Numbered from the stretch's first letter, positions 1 through 12,559 are shown. The stretch: DNA of 64,000 nucleotides from Marsupella aquatica (GCA_973895155.1 OZ316895.1:10032184-10096183), one strand, 5' to 3'. Notes: generated by a model not told the origin, from the letters alone. Program-made: numbers and translations.

Positions 1-96
1 TTTTGGCAAGGGCCATAAAATCCCGATCCAAACAGTACAAAGAAAATCTGAGGCTCGAGACGATCTCGAGGTAGAATTAAGGAACTATGGTAAAAT

Positions 97-1775
97 TTAT
101 GGGAAAATACATGAAGATAAATCAAATATAGAAACTTGACCTCGAGGCTCAAGACAATCTCGAGCTAGAAGTGGATTTGAGTTTGAATTTACCTGGAACT
201 TTTGATGATCCGTTAGTCTATTGGACCCAATCACGGGTCTCTCCGGACGGCCACACTCGTCAAATTGTCGACGGGCATGGACCATAGTATCAAGAAAACA
301 GGACTCATACTCCATGGTCTTATTAACAGCATTTGCCCTTTGTGAGTGTTGAGCAAGTATTATTCTTGGAGTTCTGTCCGAAAGAATTGCAGACTCTTCG
401 CGACCTCCTTCAACTTTGCATCGCTCTTAGCCCAACCTATGATCCAAACAACTGCCTTTGCCGAGTGTTGTCCACTGATTGCAAGGAACTGCACCTTCTT
501 ATTCTTAACACCCCACTCGAACTCCTTTCGATCCTCAGCAGTATTCTCATAATGGAGCAACTGCAAACTCTCTCTTGAATACGGAATTAAATCTGCCACA
601 GCTGGTACCATTCCAGGGTTTCTAACCATGCATTTTGCGACCTCCATGGCATGGTCTTTATTGAACATCCTATATACCAAAACTGCAGACGGTGAATCTA
701 TACTAGTGACAGGGATGTCAAAAGTTTCATTCATGCCAAATGTGTAATACTCCTCAATCTCCTTAAGAACTTCGGCTCCTTCCTTAACGCTCTTTTCTCC
801 CAGAGCATCTCCTAGAGTGCCATCATCATCGGTATGTGCATTCACACCCGAGGAAGATGCCGGAATGAGATCTACCTTGGGCGGCGCGGACTTTTTTTGA
901 GGTGGAGCCTTCTTCGCTTTGCTTTCGGGTTTCTCAACCCTCTTCCTCTTTTGAGACACCTTTTCTTCCTTTTTGTCCAAACCTGACGTCTTGTCTCCCG
1001 CAGCTACAGATTTCAATTTACCTGTTTGTCTCCGATGAGACAACACCCACTTTTTACAAGCATCCTTGTCAAATTCTCCGGCTCCAAACACAAAATCAGG
1101 GGATATGGATTCAAACTCCCCCAATTTGGATTCCGACATTAGTCTCAAAACCTCCACGTGAAAGGAGTCGTGAATGCATCATCACGATCAAACCCATATA
1201 TACTTTCGACAATAAAGGAATCCAAAAATTATGTCCGCTCCAGATATAGGAGTATCTTCTAGCAAATTACTTGTAGTAAAACCCTCGGGGAAGAACCCCA
1301 TTGATATCACGCTCAGTTGTTTCCTGGCTGCACGTTCAATGTTAAGATCGTAAGAGTAGTTTTTGGCGTGAAGTCTAATTAGAGCCCACTTCCCTGTCTT
1401 GTGGTTCTCCACCGTCAAAACCATGTCCTTACCGTTACTCGTCACAATAGAAACAATAGGCCCTAGAAGGCTGCACACTAGAGGATTGATTGATGGAGAC
1501 CCCGTCTTCACACAAATAATAGTTCTTTCCATGTCTTCAGTTTCAGCAAGCTCAATGGCCCAACAGAATCCAAATAAATCCTGTCCAGGGCAGGAAACCT
1601 CGATTGCATGTTCATCTTTGACTACCAAATTAGGCAATCCCAATTTTGCACCTGGTACAACCAAAATATAGCAATTGTCAGAAACATGTACTACAAAACC
1701 AATAAACAAATAGGTGGCTCGAGATGATCTCGATCTTCCTTTTAAGTTTAATAGTCTGACATGTTCCAATGCCAT
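97..1775 (-). pseudogene. ParB/Srx-like domain accessory gene of the Sola-like element, frameshifted; continues left of the window
   Basis: ORF 360-1157 contains DIPVTSIDSP...YRMFNKDHAMEVAKCM...FLAISGQHSAKAV, resembling the ParB N-terminal box (hhhDGxHRxxA). A frameshift near 385 joins it to AILSDRTPRIILAQHSQRANAVNKTMEYESCFLDTMVHARRQF (ORF 97-315), which ends at a CAG|GTAAAT donor near 180. Upstream ORF 1188-1775 is on the same strand. A possible start lies at GCCATG near 2795. Confidence 0.5.
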
Positions 1776-3321
1776 TTCATCCGTGGAATTTAAAAAAAGA
1801 TTTCAAACCCAAGAAATCTAAAAAGATAACACAATAGTTAGGAAACACAATAGGCTCGAGATGATCTCGAGCCACCATCTGTTAAAAAGATCTCGATCCT
1901 CATATATATCAATTGAGGTTTTATTCCATTGCATATCATGAACCAGTCAAATTTAACGAACAACATTTTCAAGAATGATCCAATGTCACCTATTCGACCA
2001 CATTCAAAACCCTCTAACTCAGTGGTTTGTCATCTTCACAAACGAGTTGGAGGACTAAGAAAGTGGTCCAAAAGGCAAGCTTGGATCACAATGAAAAGGA
2101 TATTAGTAATTGACGACATGGAGTGGAAGAAATTGGCCAAGGGATACGAATGACCATAAAGGAAGATGGTGAGGGATATATTTGGCTCGAGACGATCTCG
2201 AGCCTAACATGTCAAACGAGTGATCCAAATATCATATTCAACAATGAACATCATATTCAATCAATGATTAAAATCCACTTTCTCCATTGACTTCTGATAC
2301 CCACAAACCCGTTCGGATGTCAATAATCAGAACGAGTTGGAGGGTACAGAAGTCCCTGGAGGAAGGAAATTTTAGATTTTTTGGATATGATGTTTCACTT
2401 TTGAAGGATAAGGGTTTCCAACTTGAAGAAATCTCACTAGGTCACATGCAGGAATTGCATATTGGCTCAAGACAATCTCGAGACTCATGCCACTTACATC
2501 AAATGCAAAATCAATTGATAGATCACAACTTTTGAAGCAAAGTATTGCAGAAAACATCAATAGGCTCGAGATGATCTTGAGCCTCAACTGCATCCAAGGA
2601 ATCCAGAAACAAGTGGACCAATTGAAGCTCGAGACGATCTCGATTTAAACCTGAACAGAACAAAGATGATAAATTACGTTTAATGGTGCGATGGATCTGA
2701 TGCGCTGAGTCTAGATGGGTCTAAAGCTCTTTGCCAACGGTTGCAAGGTTGTACTCAGCGAAGTCCTCCTTGGAGAAATCTACAACAGTCGACATGGCTG
2801 GTGAAGAGAGGAACGTACTATGGGCTGAGAACTTAAAAACAAATCTCGAGCCTAAACAGAATATCTTGACCCTATCGAAGCTCGAGCTTAAACACAAAAT
2901 CTTGACCCTATAAAATCTTGAGGAAAAAACCTAATCTCGACCCTCTGCAATCTCGAGGCTAATACAAGGATCTCGAGGCAAGAGCGCAAAACAATCTAGA
3001 GGCAAGGAGGCAAGGGATGCGAGGAGGCGAGGAGGCGAATGTGAAAATGGGGAATTCAAAACCCCTGAAGTCACTATAAGCCCCTCGGGGGTCGGCCTTG
3101 GCCGTGCCAAGCGTGCCAAGGCTTGTGCAGGCTCAGGCAGGCTGCCACGCAACCTGCTGGGTGCGTATAGTCATTATTACGTTGTTATCCGTACTTCAGC
3201 CCTGCCGTGAGTTTAGCCGTGACACAAGTTCAACGAAGTCGTCTTATTGGCCTTTTTGTCTATCAGGGTTTTATATATTGCTTCTCTTTGCTCTCCAGTG
3301 GGTCATTCTTCTCATTTCGTT

Positions 3322-3376
3322 TCATTGCTCGCTCGTTCTCCCTCTGCCTCTCTCTCCCTCTCCCTCTCCCTCTCTT
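3322..3376 (+). repeat. CT-rich low-complexity tract in the divergent promoter/5'UTR region
   Basis: ccctctgcctctctctccctctccctctccctctcttt. Confidence 0.7.
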
Positions 3377-4129
3377 TGGCTCTAGATTTATGCTCTGATC
3401 TCTTTATGTTGTTCTTTTCAAGGGTTGTGGACTCTACATTTGTGTTTAGGATATTTCGAGAAATTCTCATTTTAAGCCCTGAATGAGGTCTAAAATAATT
3501 GAGCTCCTATCTTTTAGAAAACCAAACCTTTTTACTAGTGTCGGTCAAAATCCATTTGGAAGCCTTTTCCCTCTATTTGATGGCCTTTTAGAAGCTATTT
3601 CTCAGTGTCTGGAAGTAAACTGGGAGCTTACTTTCTTAATTGCACCAAATCATTCCTCTAGATCATCTAGAGCCATTTATATGTTCTTATTTTGGGTGGC
3701 TTATTATTCATAATAGTTTCTTTGTCAAATACAATGTCCTTTTTGGCTCGAGATCATCTCGAGTCATAAGTTTGATCCTCAAACTTATTCACTTTTGCCT
3801 TCTTTCTAATGGTGCATTCGGTTTTCCTTTTTATAATTGAGTTTGTAGAGAGTCGGAGGTATAGAATCTGAATTCGCTATTCAGTGAGATTTCATATTTT
3901 ACCTCGAGATCGTCTCAAGCTAAATACTTCTGAATTTTTACATATTGGAGTTTTTTGTCCCTCTTCTACCTCGAGATCGTCTCGAGGTAGAAGAGTTTCT
4001 TATTTTCTCTATCACACAATTTTGTGGGATAAACTTCTACACTTGGGTTTTTTGGTTTGTTTTTGTAGTCACTTTACCTCGAGATCATCTCGAGGTAACT
4101 ACATCCAACAGTTTGGACCACATTTTCAA

Positions 4130-5150
4130 AATGGGGATTTTCTTTCGAGGGGACAAGGTTTGCCTCGTAATCGAGGGAGTGGAAGTTGCTTGCGGGACCG
4201 TCCTCAAGGTTGACCTGGGTGACTCAGTGCGTAATGTTGATTTGGGAAGTAATCGTATAGGAGTTCTCATTGAGAAGTGCTATGAGGGATCACGGGAAAT
4301 TCCTTACCCTTTGCCGCCGATCAGGACCCTCTTTGATGCTGTCGACTCCTGCATTATTTGGGATGCCTCTTTTGCATATTTGAAGTCACAGTCAACTCCA
4401 GCGACAACACAAATGGATGCCTCTTGTTCTACAAAGGATACGGTTCCCGGTTTTGTACCAGACAAATCTTTGGTGGGAAGTTTTGGAGACTCGATTATAT
4501 CTGGCGATGAAGTTAAGCTCTGGATTGGCAATCAGATTGTGGCTCGTGGATTTGTGTTCAAGATGAATCCCGATGAGACCTGTCACAATAAAAGACTTGG
4601 CACTTCTAGGATTAGTGTGAAAATATGTGAAGTTTTTCAAGGAAGGGAGAGGTTACCCTTTCCTCACAATGGAGCCGATACCATTCAGGAAGCATTGGAC
4701 ACTTTTGTATTCTGGAATTTAAAGGATGTTACTCGGAGGAGTTCTTCCCAGGATATGCTAAACGACCTGTCCACACGGGATGTTTTTTCAAATTATAATT
4801 TCAAGGATTATAGTTTGCGTTCTAATTGGATGACCGAGGAGGTGGAATTGTATGCTGAGGATAATCGGACCAAAGTGGGGGTTGGCATCATCATAGTTCC
4901 TTTTGAGTCAGGTGCAATTGATGATGATGTTCTTGGACCAGATCACGTTGGGGTTGCTGTCACACGCGTGATTGACCCTCTATTTTTCCCAAATATCTCC
5001 CCAGGAGTGCCTGGTCTTGTTAGGTGGGCCGTCCGTTCACTTCTGCTGATATCAAGGGGTATTTTTCTTCTGGATCTCATTGAAGAGGTTTCTCCAAAAC
5101 CAATTATTGATGGTCGAGATCATCTAGCTACAGGTAGATATGAAAGGTGA
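4130..5150 (+). CDS. Transposon accessory ORF with three tandem ~85-aa domains (En/Spm Tnp1/DUF8039-like)
   Basis: Three repeats of the pattern GDxV..VAxGxV....LG..RIxV.I......LPxP....TL.xA....I.W: VACGTV..IPYPLPPIRTLFDAVDSCIIWD; VARGFV..LPFPHNGADTIQEALDTFVFWN; VGVGII..LGPDHVGVAV..LVRW. Overlaps the transposase ATG by 11 bp in the +1 frame. Confidence 0.6.
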
Positions 5151-6494
5151 CACTGAGTTTTTGAAGCGCCCGTATAATTTCATCAAGAGAACGAAGGTCA
5201 ACCCAGATGAAAAAAGGAAGAAGCACTTGGAGTCTCGGGCAATACTGAAAATCACAGAGGAGGAAATTGACTCCATTCAAAGAGAAGGTTGTTGTAAGTT
5301 GAAGTGTTGCCTCAGTATGCCGAGAGAAAACCTACAGGCGATAAGGAGGGAATACCATGGGATGTCAAGCGACAACAAAACCAGTCACATTCTCACTCTT
5401 TTTGGCTGTAGGGAGAAGGAAGTGGAGACAAAAGGATATTTTGTTGTAAGAAGTAGACTTGTTTGCAAGGGTGCATTTATTAAAATGCATGGATTCAGCA
5501 CTGCCAAGTATTATGATTACAAAAATCAATATGAAGCAGGTTGCACTGTTGGATTCCATGGAAACAAGGGTTCACACAAGCGGGGAAGCACCTTGCATGC
5601 TCGTGCTTTGTTGGAGTCCATTCTAACCCAAAACGGAGAACCCATGCCGCATCTTCCCTATGGAGGGTCTCACAGGACTGACACGGTTGAGTACAGACTT
5701 CCATCTTGTTTCACAAAGAAAGAGATTTTTGAGGAGGTATACTCAAAAATGGAATTAGATGGCTACGTGAAGGTAAGTGAAAACACTATGTATAAACTCT
5801 GGAGTGAGTCCTTCATGAATTTTGACTTTCACAAGGGAAGTGCATTTGCAAAGTGTACACTTTGCACTGAGTTCAAAGATCAGTTGATGCGGGAGAAGAG
5901 AAAGAAAGAGCGTTTGGAGATTGAGGAAAGAAGAGCTCGCCATCTTCGTGAGCAAATGTCTAGGAGATATGTTTACTATGCTCATAGGGTTCTTGCGAAG
6001 AAGGATCCTGAGAACTATCTTTGCATTATACATGACAAGATGGACCAGGCCAAGACATGGATCCCTAGGTTGGTCCCCACTCATAAATCATTGTCTGGTA
6101 GTGGTCAACCGCTCCCCATTGCGCTCATTGGGATGTTGACCCATGGAAGGGATCCCGGAGTGTATGCTCACTTCAGTTTCACTGGGCTTTGGCCGGGAGA
6201 TGCAGACTTCACAGTGACATCATTGGCCAAGTGCCTTAGAGATCTGGAGGATTACAAGGGGGACAAATCTGGAGACCTCCTTGAAGGATTATATTGGGTT
6301 GCAACGAGGCCAATTTTTCAATCTCTTTTGGACTTTGAAGCATTTCTTGCAGGTTACTTAGAACCCAAAAAAGTCTCAATTGCTAGATTTCAAGGAGCTG
6401 AAGATGACCAAGACTACTTTGGTGTTGATCCCAAGGCTACGTCTACCTCTTTCAAACCATTGCCAAGGCACCTCACTAGTACATTTTGAGGCAT

Positions 6495-6915
6495 TTTACC
6501 GATTGTATTTAGATCAGACGCCTTCAGGAAATCCGACGCGGAAATCTCACCTGTCCGATACCAAAAGAATCGCAATTTCCGATATAAATTTTATCATAAA
6601 ACGACAATCGGAAACTAATCGGAACTACCGATACCAAAACATTCGGGAGTTCCGTCGCCTAAACTATCGGGAAACACTATGTCCGATGCCCGTGTAATCG
6701 GATGTCTGTTTCACGCATTTTCTGTTAGTGGAGGCGTCCGATTCTAGACCGATATTCTGGACATGGAAATGACCGATTGGTTTAACATCGGAAATGTCCG
6801 ATGTTATTTGGAACGGAAATTGCGATTATAGTAGAATCGGACTTTGCGATACGTTTGGGATGGAAAAGTACGATGATTGTGGCATCGGATATGGATCGGT
6901 ATCTACCCGGAAACT
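6495..6915. repeat. CACTA left subterminal repeat region (TCCGAT/ATCGGA motifs)
   Basis: Many direct and inverted tccgat/atcgga copies. Confidence 0.85.
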
Positions 6916-7268
6916 ATTTGGCGAGCTTGATTGGGCCTATTTTAAATGGGGGGCTAATTGGGGGTTTAATTGGGGTGCAATTTAATTCTTTAACTGAGTT
7001 TTTATCTAGGGTTTAGAGAGGTCATTTAGTCAAGAGAGACTATCAATTTTGATTGCACACTATGTACCTTGAAACCCGGGCATGACACGGCATAACTATA
7101 TCTTATATACAAAAATGAAATATCGAGGGCAAAAGTACAAAAAATGGAGAACATCTCCATGCATAGTGCTAGCTATGCTAAAGGCTGGGCATATCAAATG
7201 GACATAATGCCCTCCAACTATCCACCTCGCTAGCCTGGTACTAGATCTATACATGTCTACCTAGTCCA

Positions 7269-10190
7269 CTATCCATACAAGCTATGTCGCGTCTTCCTCT
7301 TCTTCACACGGGAACGACTAGGCTGCTCTGCTCTCTGAGTCTCTACCGCTGACACACCAGGTAGCACATCATGGTCGTGGCTACCTGATCTGCCTCCATC
7401 GTCATGTGGATGAGGTGCAGAAGCAATCTCTGGTACTCCCCCACCTCCAGATGCGCCTGAACCATGGGAAGGCACTCCTTCCCCGACACAAGTGTGGAAA
7501 GAAGCCCCTCCAGCACCACCACCACTACCCCCCTCAGGTCGAGTCTCACCTCCACCACTATGACGGGAACCTCCCAACTGGGTGCCTACACCACCACTAT
7601 GAATAGGATATGGTGTGGGCACATGACCACCAAGGCCCCCCCCGGACTGTCGCAAACCAGCTGGTACACTACCAGGGCTAGCCCTAAACTGATGAGGTGC
7701 AGCAACTCCACCACTACCCCCCTCAGGGCGAGACTCACCTCCACCACTATGGCCGGAACCTCCAGACTGGATGCCTACACCACCACTATGAACAGGAGAT
7801 GGTGTCGGCACATGACCACCAAGGCCTCCCCCGGACTGTCGCGGACCAGCTGGTACACTACCAGGGCCAGCCCTAAACTGACGAGGTGCAGCAACTCCAC
7901 CACTACCCCCCTCAGGACGAGACTCACCTCCACCACTACGGCCGGAACCTCCAGACTGGATGCCTACACCACCACTATGAACAGGAGATGGTGTGGGCAC
8001 ATGACCACCAAGGCCTCCCCCGGACTGTCGTGAACCAGCTGGTACACTACCAGGGCCAGCCCTAAACTGACGAGGTGCAACAACTCCACCACTACCCCCC
8101 TCAGGGGGAGACTCACCTCCACCACTACGGCCGGAACCTCCTAACTGGCCAACGACATGACCAGTATGAACACCAGCCCATTGTCGAGACCCACCTGGTA
8201 CAACACCAGGGCCAGTCCTCACTCGACCACCTGCTGTGGCTAGAACTCCAGACTCACTACGAACCCCTCGGTTGTGACCTACTGTGGCTGGAACCCGGGA
8301 CTCACTCCGTCCACTCCTACCGGCTAATCTCTGATGAGAAGGAGGCATATCACCTGCTCTATGCTCCATCCGGCGAGTGGAGCCACCTACACCCCGACCA
8401 GACTGGTGACGTCCACTCTCTCGGGGTCCTGACCAGCCACGTGCACCAGTAGAACCTCGTATTGGAGCCTCGGCCACACTCCCCTCTGAAGCACTATCAT
8501 CCTCCGCATCCTCCTCATCCTCCTCCCCCTCACCATCCTCCTCACTCTCCAAGTCCTCCTCACCCCCTGACTCATCCTGCACATAGTAACAATCTCCAAT
8601 CCATATGTCATTCTGCAACATACGTACCAGCATGAAGCCATCTTTCAAATCATTCTAATATCCGCACTTACCGAGGCCAACATGTCGTCCATGTGAATCT
8701 TTAGCGCCCGAGCACCATGCTCCTTTGCCAGCTCTCTCTCTGCCGGCAACAATGGTCGTCCGTGCTCTTTCTCCTACACACCCAAACCATATGCCACCCC
8801 CAATACTAAGGTCAATTATAGCAACCCTACCCTGGCCTAATTAAACACCTATATAAACCCTTCACCGTCAAAGACCCATAAGAACACTTAGCCGTTCATG
8901 CACAAACTATTCAAAAATTTGAATATGTCCGATACTAATAGAATCGGTACCCTCGACAGTTCCGATTCTTTTTTATTGTCCGATGCTGCATCCGATACTT
9001 AGAGGATCGGACTAGAATCGGACCTTATATGCCGAAAGCAAAAAAAACTAAGGCATGATCGAGCGACCTACGGGCATACAAAGACCTGTCCCGGGTTTGG
9101 AAGGGTTAGGCATTCGTCAATTGGCCTCAGGTGATTAGGGAGGAGGAATGCTGCTGAAGGAATGCATGGAGAGGAGGGGAATGGAGCACTTACAAAATCG
9201 GCCTTGAGACGCTGTGATCCGCCTTGCCCCATTCTGTGAGTAACCTTTGGCCTCTTTGTTACTCTCAGCAGAGCTTTCATTAGCCAGGATGGTGGGTCTC
9301 CAAGCAGGGCTGATTTTGCTGACCATTCTTCAAGTTCTTGATGCATGGGTGCAGTATTCACCATCTCTCCTTGTTCAATCTTCTTCTGAGATGCTTGAAT
9401 TTCAGCTTCCCAGCGTTGTGTGGCTTGCCAAGCTCGAACCTGCAACTCTTCTTCAAGCCAGGCACACCAAGCATTCTCAGGAATCTCACCAGCTGGGCTT
9501 CCCCCTTTCCTGATCACCTCCTCATCCAGTTTGCATTCAGCCAGGTACTTTCGCATCTTCTCTCGTACATGATTTCGCATGTCTGCAAGTGAGACTGAGA
9601 TCTTTTTGTTTAAGAATTGATCGTCCACAAACGACCCATTCGAAAATCTCTCTTTGATTTGCTCTCGAATTTGAAATCTCTCATCCTGCTTCTTCTTCCC
9701 CCAGTAGTCCATCGGGCCAAAATGAGACCTCACAATCTGCCTAACTTGACTCCCAAACAAACGATAACTCCTGGAGAGTGGAGCACCTCCCTCATTCAGA
9801 GACAAATTTTGGCCTCTTGGCCCTATCCTCTGCCTTCTTTCGTTCCTCCTGAATTCTCTGTCGTTTTGCAGCCCGAGCCTCCCTCCTTAGGCTCTTCTCC
9901 TTTTATCTTGGTGATAGGGCTTCCACTGGCCTCTCTCTCTCGTCCTCCCTAGTGTTATGTTTCCTCTTCCTCTGCAATCTCTCCTCCTCGAGTCTGGCTT
10001 GGAAAGCTTTTTCTGCATCAGTGATGGCTACCTTCTGGGAGCTGTCGATCAGTCCTTGAGTGAGCTGGGCTACCTGCAATGCAACCTCCGGCGAGAGCCC
10101 CACCTTCTCCCTAAACAATTGAGCCATGACTTCACCATAGCTGCTTGATGGCCCGGCACCATCTCCCATCCCTCCCGCATTCCCTTCCAT
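7269..10190 (-). pseudogene. CACTA TnpA/Ptta (Transposase_24)-like gene with acidic tract and Gly-rich repeat tail; disrupted near 9900
   Basis: Predicted exons about 10190-9194, 8772-8671 and 8576-7269 with GT-AG junctions. Motif KRPKVTHRMGQGGS..LKADF|EKEHGRP resembles the Ptta/En/Spm HxxG region. A C-terminal basic NLS-like RVKKRKTR is present. Confidence 0.6.
7515..8150 (-). repeat. 189-bp (63-aa) coding tandem repeat, about 3.3 copies
   Basis: ACATGACCACCAAGGC recurs at 7621, 7810 and 7999. Unit: SGGSGRSGGGESRPEGGSGGVAAPRQFRAGPGSVPAGPRQSGGGLGGHVPTPSPVHSGGVGIQ. Confidence 0.92.
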
Positions 10191-11255
10191 CGCTACGAGC
10201 TCCGCAAAGGTATCGTGAAATGCTCCCGATGCTTTTCCCGACTAGAGTGCCTTCGCACTTTAGTCGGGTGACCTAAAAACCCAAAATGCATAACGTCCGA
10301 TACTTTCTGCATCGGAAACTCCGATTCTAGGTCAATTGGACTTAGTATCGGACCCCTCCTCCAAAGTATCGGACTTAACCCTCCCAATGTATTTTCTGAT
10401 GGTTTGTGAATCGCATGACCTTGGCATTTGGACTTTGGCATTTGGATCCCATGTATACTATAATGACCCCCTTTATATTAGTTGGGGGTTAATTATGCTA
10501 TATTGTGGGCTTATTAGGTGTGCGGCGCAAAACGGGCATATCAACATACAGTTGCCGTGACAAAGCTAGCACACTATTTTTTGGTGGGTATGGATGATCA
10601 TTGAATGTATGTACCCAGATCTATTTTCAGTTTGATTTTAAATGATTCCCATTTTGACCATGAGGCAATGCTATATGCATGGTGCAACTTTTGGGGACTA
10701 TAAGAAGTCACAAATTAAATTAACACTCTAGTGCCGTTTTGTGCAGTTTTGCATTTTTTGTTTTTGGAGGGTCGGGTCGTTGCTTTTCCTTGGTTTTCTT
10801 AGTAGGGTTTATTTTTGCCAATGCATTATGCACAGCGAGAGTACGCGCATCCAAAAGGTATGACATATATGATCCTCCAAAATGTATTGGAAATATTTGA
10901 CATGATATATGCGTTACTTGTGGGAGTTTATAATTGGACATCCAACTCATCATTGATTTTTATTAATTTCATTAATTATTGGTTTGTTACTTAGGTTTGC
11001 ATGTATGTCATCTCATCTTTCAACTTCCCCACCTAGCCTGTATGTGCAGGTTTTTTTGGATTGGCCTTAGCATATAGTCTAAGGCTTAGAGCCTAGTAGG
11101 CACTGTAGAGCGCGGATATCATTCAGGTACTAATTAAGTCCAACACTGCAAATTATTAACATACTATATATTTCCTGTTTGGGTTTACCTCAAGTTAGGG
11201 TGATGAATCAATCTTGCATTTTGGTAAAGACTTGTTTGTGTGTAATTGGCAGACA

Positions 11256-11486
11256 ATGTCGACTTCTGAGAGTTTGGATACAGATTCCGACTCTGACTTG
11301 TCTTCCTCTGAGGGGGACATTCCTCCTCCCCCTCAACAGCCTCGAGCACCCCCTCCATTAGGCCCTATTCCATGCTGGTGTCTTAGATGTAAAGGACTGG
11401 TGGTTTGTCAAGCGTGGCAGTCCATTGAACACATCGAAAACTATGGTCGACATGAGGGTGATTTACCGGGATATTCAGCTCGCCAG
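11256..11486 (+). CDS. CACTA transposase exon 1 with transposase-associated Zn-binding domain
   Basis: MSTSES...PCWCLRCKG...EHIENYG matches the CxCxxC...HxxxxG Transpos_assoc pattern. Ends at phase-0 donor CAG|GTAT. Confidence 0.7.
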
Positions 11487-11596
11487 GTATTGCTTGACAT
11501 GAACTCCGCTATATATGATACACTATCATAATAGTTGGCTGGTTTGAGACCTTTTAGGAGACAAGTATTAATTTTTGTTTGTTTATGATTGAATAG

Positions 11597-12559
11597 GTGC
11601 GTTGTACGGCCCGTCCTCCATTGGTCTCTAGTCAACTATGGCATGATGCATTCCTAGCTGGTGCTAGACAATTGCTTGCATCATCAGTTGAAGACCCCGA
11701 GCAATCATGTACCCCCGCACATGTTCAGGCAGATGTTGTTCATGAACCCATAGTGGTAGAGTTGGGGCATGGTAGGGATGATGCACCGCCCCCTACTAGG
11801 GTTCTACGCACAAGACCACGTTCTCATAGACGTCGACAACAGCATGTAGTTCTAGACACAGACCCATCCCATGAGCACTTTAGAAGGAGTGTTATGCCTC
11901 CACCAGGGGAGGAGTACATAGAAGTTGAAGGGAGGTTGGGCTTGTCATATGTGACGGGAAAGGCAATCAGTGTCTTCAAGGATTTTGACCCTGAGAGTTT
12001 TGTGATTCCTCGTGGCCTAGCCATTGACATCCCTGTACATATATGGGGTCGGCAATGGATAGTGAAGGCATCGACCCTTGGCGGGGAGGTTGGGTTAGGC
12101 TTATTTGCTTTGGAGGACATTGAGGTCCCTCCAAAGCCTTGGCGTCGTGGCTATGATGGGGAACACCTTTTCCCTTACATTGGGCCTGTGTATACATCCA
12201 AGAGTTGGAACATCCTCTTGCGCCAACATCCAGCTTGGGGGGTATATGCATTGTAGATGGACTCAGACCCAGATGAGGTCCTAAGGAGGCCTTGGCATTG
12301 TAGGATGATTGATGGGGACCCTGTCCGTTTAGATAACATAGTTGGGTACATCAATAGTACACATGGTAGAGGGAGTGGACTCCAGCCTAATGTCGAGTGG
12401 GCTCAGATTTTTGGCCCACCCACTCCGCCTTACTATGTCACACATATGGATGATCATGTTATGACAGTAGCCATACGGACCATTAGGGCGGGTGATGAGT
12501 TGTTTTGTGACTATGAATGGAACGCACCCACGATGGGCATTCGATCTGGCCACACTTAG
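11597..12559 (+). pseudogene. SET-domain (PR/SET-like) exon inside the CACTA element, one in-frame TAG at 12254-12256
   Basis: IVKASTLGGEVGLGLFALEDI (motif I), FPYIGPVY, YAL*M, IDGDP, NIVGYINST...PNVE (NHS-like) and TIRAGDELFCDY (ELxxDY). AATAG acceptor immediately before 11597. Confidence 0.8.

Larger units (their letters stand above)
54..4094. repeat. Dispersed 17-bp palindrome CTCGAGA-N3-TCTCGAG, about 13 copies
   Basis: Copies at 54, 148, 1718, 1855, 2186, 2466, 2565, 2628 (spacer YRA) and 3656, 3747, 3903, 3970, 4078 (spacer TCR, the reverse complement). Half-sites at about 2843-2980 and a degenerate copy near 5113. Confidence 0.92.

Noticed and set aside
54-4094. CRISPR array interpretation of the 17-bp palindromes
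   Set aside because: Spacing is irregular (about 45 to 1550 bp), orientation flips, the repeats are too short, there are no cas genes and the context is eukaryotic.
7343-8452. Overlapping Thr/His-rich ORFs in other frames and on the plus strand
   Set aside because: By-products of the 189-bp GC-rich repeat.
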